DNA of 35,189 bases, taken from NCBI GenBank assembly GCA_964420785.1, contig CAYQVE010000002.1, forward strand, positions 1-35,189, written 5' to 3'. Position numbers and translations under genes: made by a program. Below the pieces are notes generated by a model, which was not told the origin of the DNA, ran no database searches, and was given only the letters and a program-made list of their open reading frames with translations. The first letter of the stretch is position 1; the number at the start of each line of letters is the position of its first letter. Shown here one piece after another: positions 32,043-35,189 of this stretch. This DNA comes from an uncultured Enterobacteriaceae bacterium (GTDB taxonomy: Bacteria; Pseudomonadota; Gammaproteobacteria; Burkholderiales; SG8-39).

Positions 32043-32849
32043 ATGTCCGCGCGCCCCAGCGAAATCGTACGCAACAACGTCAAGGAGAAGCTCGCGCGCG
32101 GCGGGGTCGTGTCTTCGATGACCGTGCGCCTAGTGCGCTCGATCGAGATCGCGCGCATCGCCAAGACAGCCGGCTTCGATTCCATCTACGTGGACGTCGA
32201 GCACTCGAGCGTGTCGCTCGAGACGACCAGCCAGATCTGCATCGCCGCGCTCGAGATCGGCGTAGCGCCCTTCGTGCGCGTGCCGAGCACGCGGCCCGAG
32301 CACGTAGCGCGGGCGCTCGACGGCGGCGCGCTCGGCGTGATCGCGCCGCACATCAGCTCGGCGGCCGAGGCGCGCGAAGTCGTCGCCTCGGCGAAATATC
32401 CCCCCTTCGGCGAGCGCTCCATGGGGGGCTCGCTGCCGCATCTGCACTACCGCTCCTTCCCGGCCGCTGAAGCGAACGCCGCCATGAACGAGGCGACCAT
32501 GGTGGTGGTGCAGTCCGAGACAGCCGACGCGATCGACAAGGCCGAGGAGATCGCCGCCGTCGAGGGCGTGGACATCGTGCTGATCGGCACCAACGACCTC
32601 CTCGCAGACATGGGACTTCCCGGGCAATACGAGCACGAGCGCGTGCGCGAAGCCTACGCGCGCACGATCGCCGCCTGCCGCAGGCACGGCAAGCACGTCG
32701 GCGTGGGCGGCCTCGCGACCCGCCCCAAGCTCGCCGCCGAGTTCGTCAAGATGGGCGCGCGCTACGTTTCGACCGGCACGGACCTCGCGTTCCTGCTGGC
32801 CGAATCTACCGAGCGCGCGAAGCAGGTCCACGAGATCGCGTTGCGATGA
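32043..32849 (+). CDS. HpcH/HpaI family aldolase (2-keto-3-deoxy-acid aldolase-like)
   Basis: 268 aa. …ARIAKTAGFDSIYVDVEHSS…APFVRVPS…ALDGGALGVIAPHISSAAEAREVVASAKYPPFGERS… is the canonical HpaI/HpcH pattern. Confidence 0.88.
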   Translation: MSARPSEIVRNNVKEKLARGGVVSSMTVRLVRSIEIARIAKTAGFDSIYVDVEHSSVSLETTSQICIAALEIGVAPFVRVPSTRPEHVARALDGGALGVIAPHISSAAEAREVVASAKYPPFGERSMGGSLPHLHYRSFPAAEANAAMNEATMVVVQSETADAIDKAEEIAAVEGVDIVLIGTNDLLADMGLPGQYEHERVREAYARTIAACRRHGKHVGVGGLATRPKLAAEFVKMGARYVSTGTDLAFLLAESTERAKQVHEIALR

Positions 32850-33934
32850 GCGAGCGCGTATTCGTCGAGCACGACGAGGCCGACGCCTTTGCTAGGGCGC
32901 TGCTCGCGGCGCACGGGGTTCCGAAGAAGGACGCCGCGACCGTCGCGGCGTGCCTGGTGCGCGCCGACCTGCGCGGCGTGGACACGCACGGCCTCACGCG
33001 CCTGCCGGGCTATCTCGACCGCCTTCGCCGCGGCCTCATCAACCCCAAGCCGAAGCTTTTCCCGAAACGCGTCGCGCCCGCCGCGGCGGCGCTCGACGGC
33101 CAGAACGGCTTCGGATTCGTGATCGGCACGCGCGCCATGGCGGAAGCGATCTCGCTCGCCCGCAGATCCGGGATCGGGATCGCCTCGGCGCGGAGGAGCA
33201 CCCACTTCGGCATGGCCGCGTCCTACGTGCTGCAGGCGCTCGATGCGGGCTTCGTTTCGCTCGTGTTCACGAACGCCTCGCGCGCCATGCCGCCCTGGGG
33301 CGGGCGCGAGGCTCTTCTCGGCACGAGCCCGCTCGCCGCGGGCGCCCCGGGGGGAAAGCTCGCGCCTTTCGTGCTCGACATGTCGCCCGCAATCGCCGCG
33401 CGGGGCAAGATCCGGATCGCCGAGAAGCGCGGCGAGAAAATTCCCCTGGGCTACGCGCTCGACGCGCAGGGGCGTCCCACGACCGACCCGACGGAGGCCC
33501 TGAAGGGCGTGGTGCTTCCGATCGGAGGGCCGAAGGGCTCGGGCCTTTCGATGCTGATGGACATCTTCGGAGGCGTGCTCTCGGGTGCGGGCTTTGCCGG
33601 CGACGTCACCGATCAATACAGGGTTTTCGACCGGCCGCAGAACGTGGGACACTTCTTCCTCGCGATGAGGCCGGACCTGTTCGTTTCGAAAAAGGAATAC
33701 CGTTTGCGCATGGACACGCTGGTCGAGCGCGTGCGTGCCTGCGCGAAGGCGGAGGGCTTCGACGAGATCCTGATGCCCGGGGAGCTCGAGGCGCGCGAGG
33801 AAGAGAAGCGCGAGAGGGGCGGCATCCCGTACAGCGCCGCCGAGATCGACCCGCTGCAGGATGAGGCCGCGCGCGCCGGTGTCGCGAAGCTCGACGTTTC
33901 GGCCCAGCCCTTGGATTCCCGGGGAGCGACATGA
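32846..33934 (+). CDS. Ldh_2 family (malate/L-lactate/ureidoglycolate dehydrogenase-type) oxidoreductase
   Basis: ATGA overlap with the aldolase stop. 362 aa with …DLRGVDTHGLTRLPGYLDRLRRGLINP…STHFGMAASYVLQAL…GGPKGSGLSMLMDIFGG…. Confidence 0.88.
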   Translation: MSERVFVEHDEADAFARALLAAHGVPKKDAATVAACLVRADLRGVDTHGLTRLPGYLDRLRRGLINPKPKLFPKRVAPAAAALDGQNGFGFVIGTRAMAEAISLARRSGIGIASARRSTHFGMAASYVLQALDAGFVSLVFTNASRAMPPWGGREALLGTSPLAAGAPGGKLAPFVLDMSPAIAARGKIRIAEKRGEKIPLGYALDAQGRPTTDPTEALKGVVLPIGGPKGSGLSMLMDIFGGVLSGAGFAGDVTDQYRVFDRPQNVGHFFLAMRPDLFVSKKEYRLRMDTLVERVRACAKAEGFDEILMPGELEAREEEKRERGGIPYSAAEIDPLQDEAARAGVAKLDVSAQPLDSRGAT

Positions 33935-34887
33935 AGAGGATCGCGATCGCCGCCCTGCTCGCCGCCGCAGGCGCGGGCGCGATGGCGCAAACGTTCCCCG
34001 CGAAGCCCGTGCGCATCGTCGTCGCCTTCCCGGCGGGCGGGGGCACGGACATCGTCGCGCGCATGCTCGCGCCCAAGCTCACCGACCTCTGGGGCCAGCA
34101 GGTGATCGTGGACAACCGCGCCGGGGCGAGCGGGGTGATCGGCACCGAGTTCGCCGCGCGCTCGGCGCCGGACGGCCACACCCTCTTCCTGGGAACGCTC
34201 GGCAACCTCGCGGTCAACCCGCACCTGATCGCGAAGATGCCCGTCGACCCTTTGCGCGATTTCGCTCCGGTCACTCAGGTCGTCGCGGTGCATTTCGTGA
34301 TGGTCGCGCACCCCTCGCTGCCCGCCCGCAACGTGGGCGAGCTGATCGCGCTCGCAAGATCGCGTCCCGGGGAAATCAACTACTCGTCCTCGGGCCCGGG
34401 CGGCGCGCCGCATCTCGCGGGCGAGCTCTTCAAGAGCATGGCGAAGGTGAACATTGTTCACGTCCCGTACAAGGGCAGCGCGCCGAGCTTCCAGGATTTG
34501 CTCGGAGGGCAGGTATCGCTCACCTGCGACAGTCTGGTGCAGGCGCTGCCCTACGTACGCGACAAACGGCTCGTCGCGCTCGCGGTGCTCGGCGCCGCGC
34601 GCTCGCCGCTGCTCCCCGAGGTGCCGACCGTCGCCGAATCGCTTCCGGGTTACGAGCTCACCAACTGGTTCGGCCTGGTCGCGCCCGCGGCCGTGCCCCG
34701 CGCGATCATCGGGAAGGTTCGCGCCGACGTGGTCAAGGTGCTGCAGGGCGCCGGGGTGTCGGAAAGACTCGCCGCGATGGGGGCGACGGCGGTCGGCAAC
34801 ACTCCCGAGCAGTTCGGCGCGGTGATGCGCGCGGATTCCGAGAAATGGGCCAAGCTGATCCGGGAAGCCGACATCCGGGCGGAGTGA
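33931..34887 (+). CDS. Bug-family (TctC-like) substrate-binding protein
   Basis: ATGA overlap with the Ldh_2 stop. MKRIAIAALLAAAGAGAMAQTFPAKPVRIVVAFPAGGGTD…HVPYKGSAPS. Confidence 0.9.
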   Translation: MKRIAIAALLAAAGAGAMAQTFPAKPVRIVVAFPAGGGTDIVARMLAPKLTDLWGQQVIVDNRAGASGVIGTEFAARSAPDGHTLFLGTLGNLAVNPHLIAKMPVDPLRDFAPVTQVVAVHFVMVAHPSLPARNVGELIALARSRPGEINYSSSGPGGAPHLAGELFKSMAKVNIVHVPYKGSAPSFQDLLGGQVSLTCDSLVQALPYVRDKRLVALAVLGAARSPLLPEVPTVAESLPGYELTNWFGLVAPAAVPRAIIGKVRADVVKVLQGAGVSERLAAMGATAVGNTPEQFGAVMRADSEKWAKLIREADIRAE

Positions 34888-34889
34888 AA

Positions 34890-35189
34890 ATGGAAGCGAT
34901 CAAGCTGGAAGACTACGAGATCGACGTCCTGATCCAGGGCTTTCCCGGCAGGATGGTCTGCCACGGGGGACTGGGCTGGAGCACGATCGCGCTGATCCGC
35001 GGGCGCGGGCACGTTGCTCTGGTGGAGCTGGGCAGATTCAGCATGAGGAAACGGCTCATCGCGCAGCTCGCGAAGCGCAGCCTTGAACCCGCCGACGTGA
35101 CCGACGGCATCCTCACGCATTCTGACTACGATCACTCGCTCAACTGGATCCTGTTCCGCCAGGCGCGAATAATCATCGGCGCAAGGGAG
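34890..35189 (+). CDS. MBL-fold metallo-hydrolase-like protein (3' end cut by window edge)
   Basis: ATG 34890 lies 5 nt after GGAG. The frame is open for 100 codons to the window end, which is why it is absent from the ORF track. MEAIKLEDYEIDVLIQGFPGR…GILTHSDYDHSLNW resembles the N-terminus and motif-2 region of lactonase-type MBL proteins. Confidence 0.65.
   Translation, partial: MEAIKLEDYEIDVLIQGFPGRMVCHGGLGWSTIALIRGRGHVALVELGRFSMRKRLIAQLAKRSLEPADVTDGILTHSDYDHSLNWILFRQARIIIGARE

Noticed and set aside
1-35189. Search for tRNA/rRNA genes, CRISPR repeats, IS elements, integrases, phage or toxin-antitoxin/defence genes
   Set aside because: I found no spacer-repeat periodicity, no cloverleaf-like or rRNA-like conserved stretches, no transposase or integrase-like translations, and no terminal inverted repeats. 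The only sizeable repeat is the tandem PilH-like duplication.

Overview
GC-rich (about two-thirds G+C by eye, strong GC3 bias), tightly packed chromosomal segment. I call 39 protein-coding genes. I found no rRNA, tRNA, CRISPR array, transposase or integrase. The likely source is a proteobacterium. The five orphan Bug/TctC binding proteins are typical of Burkholderiales-type betaproteobacteria, but that assignment is inference only.

The window has three functional blocks.

(1) 1-15.6 kb and 30.5-35.2 kb hold solute uptake genes: a DctPQM TRAP transporter and five Bug-family periplasmic binding proteins with no TctAB partner. They also hold organic-acid/sugar-acid type enzymes: SDR epimerase, CmcJ-like oxygenase plus VOC protein, SMP-30 lactonase, DapA-family lyase, MmgE/PrpD, HpcH aldolase, Ldh_2 oxidoreductase, a formamidase with a signal peptide, and an MBL-fold protein. 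A ygiBC/yjfL-type module of unknown function (DUF1190 lipoprotein, glutathionylspermidine-synthase-like ATP-grasp, DUF350 membrane protein) sits inside a 10-gene co-directional minus-strand array.

(2) 15.6-21.0 kb is a signalling block. It has one polytopic PAS histidine kinase, two NarL-type regulators, and a stand-alone receiver translationally coupled (ATGA) to a receiver-less PAS-GGDEF-EAL protein.

(3) 21.1-30.3 kb is a ten-gene Pil-Chp/Tfp-class-like chemosensory cluster:
- a PilG-like regulator with an N-terminal pseudo-receiver
- two tandemly duplicated PilH-like CheYs
- a PilI-like CheW
- a short MCP
- a ChpA-like CheA-REC hybrid
- a degenerate CheW
- a CheW-TM-LysM fusion protein
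- a third CheY
- a coupled STAS-like protein

No CheR/CheB and no pilus genes are in view.

The best candidate for something new is the accessory half of this cluster, above all the CheW-TM-LysM protein, which could tether a chemosensory array to peptidoglycan. All functional calls come from reading the translations and recalling family motifs. No database search was run.
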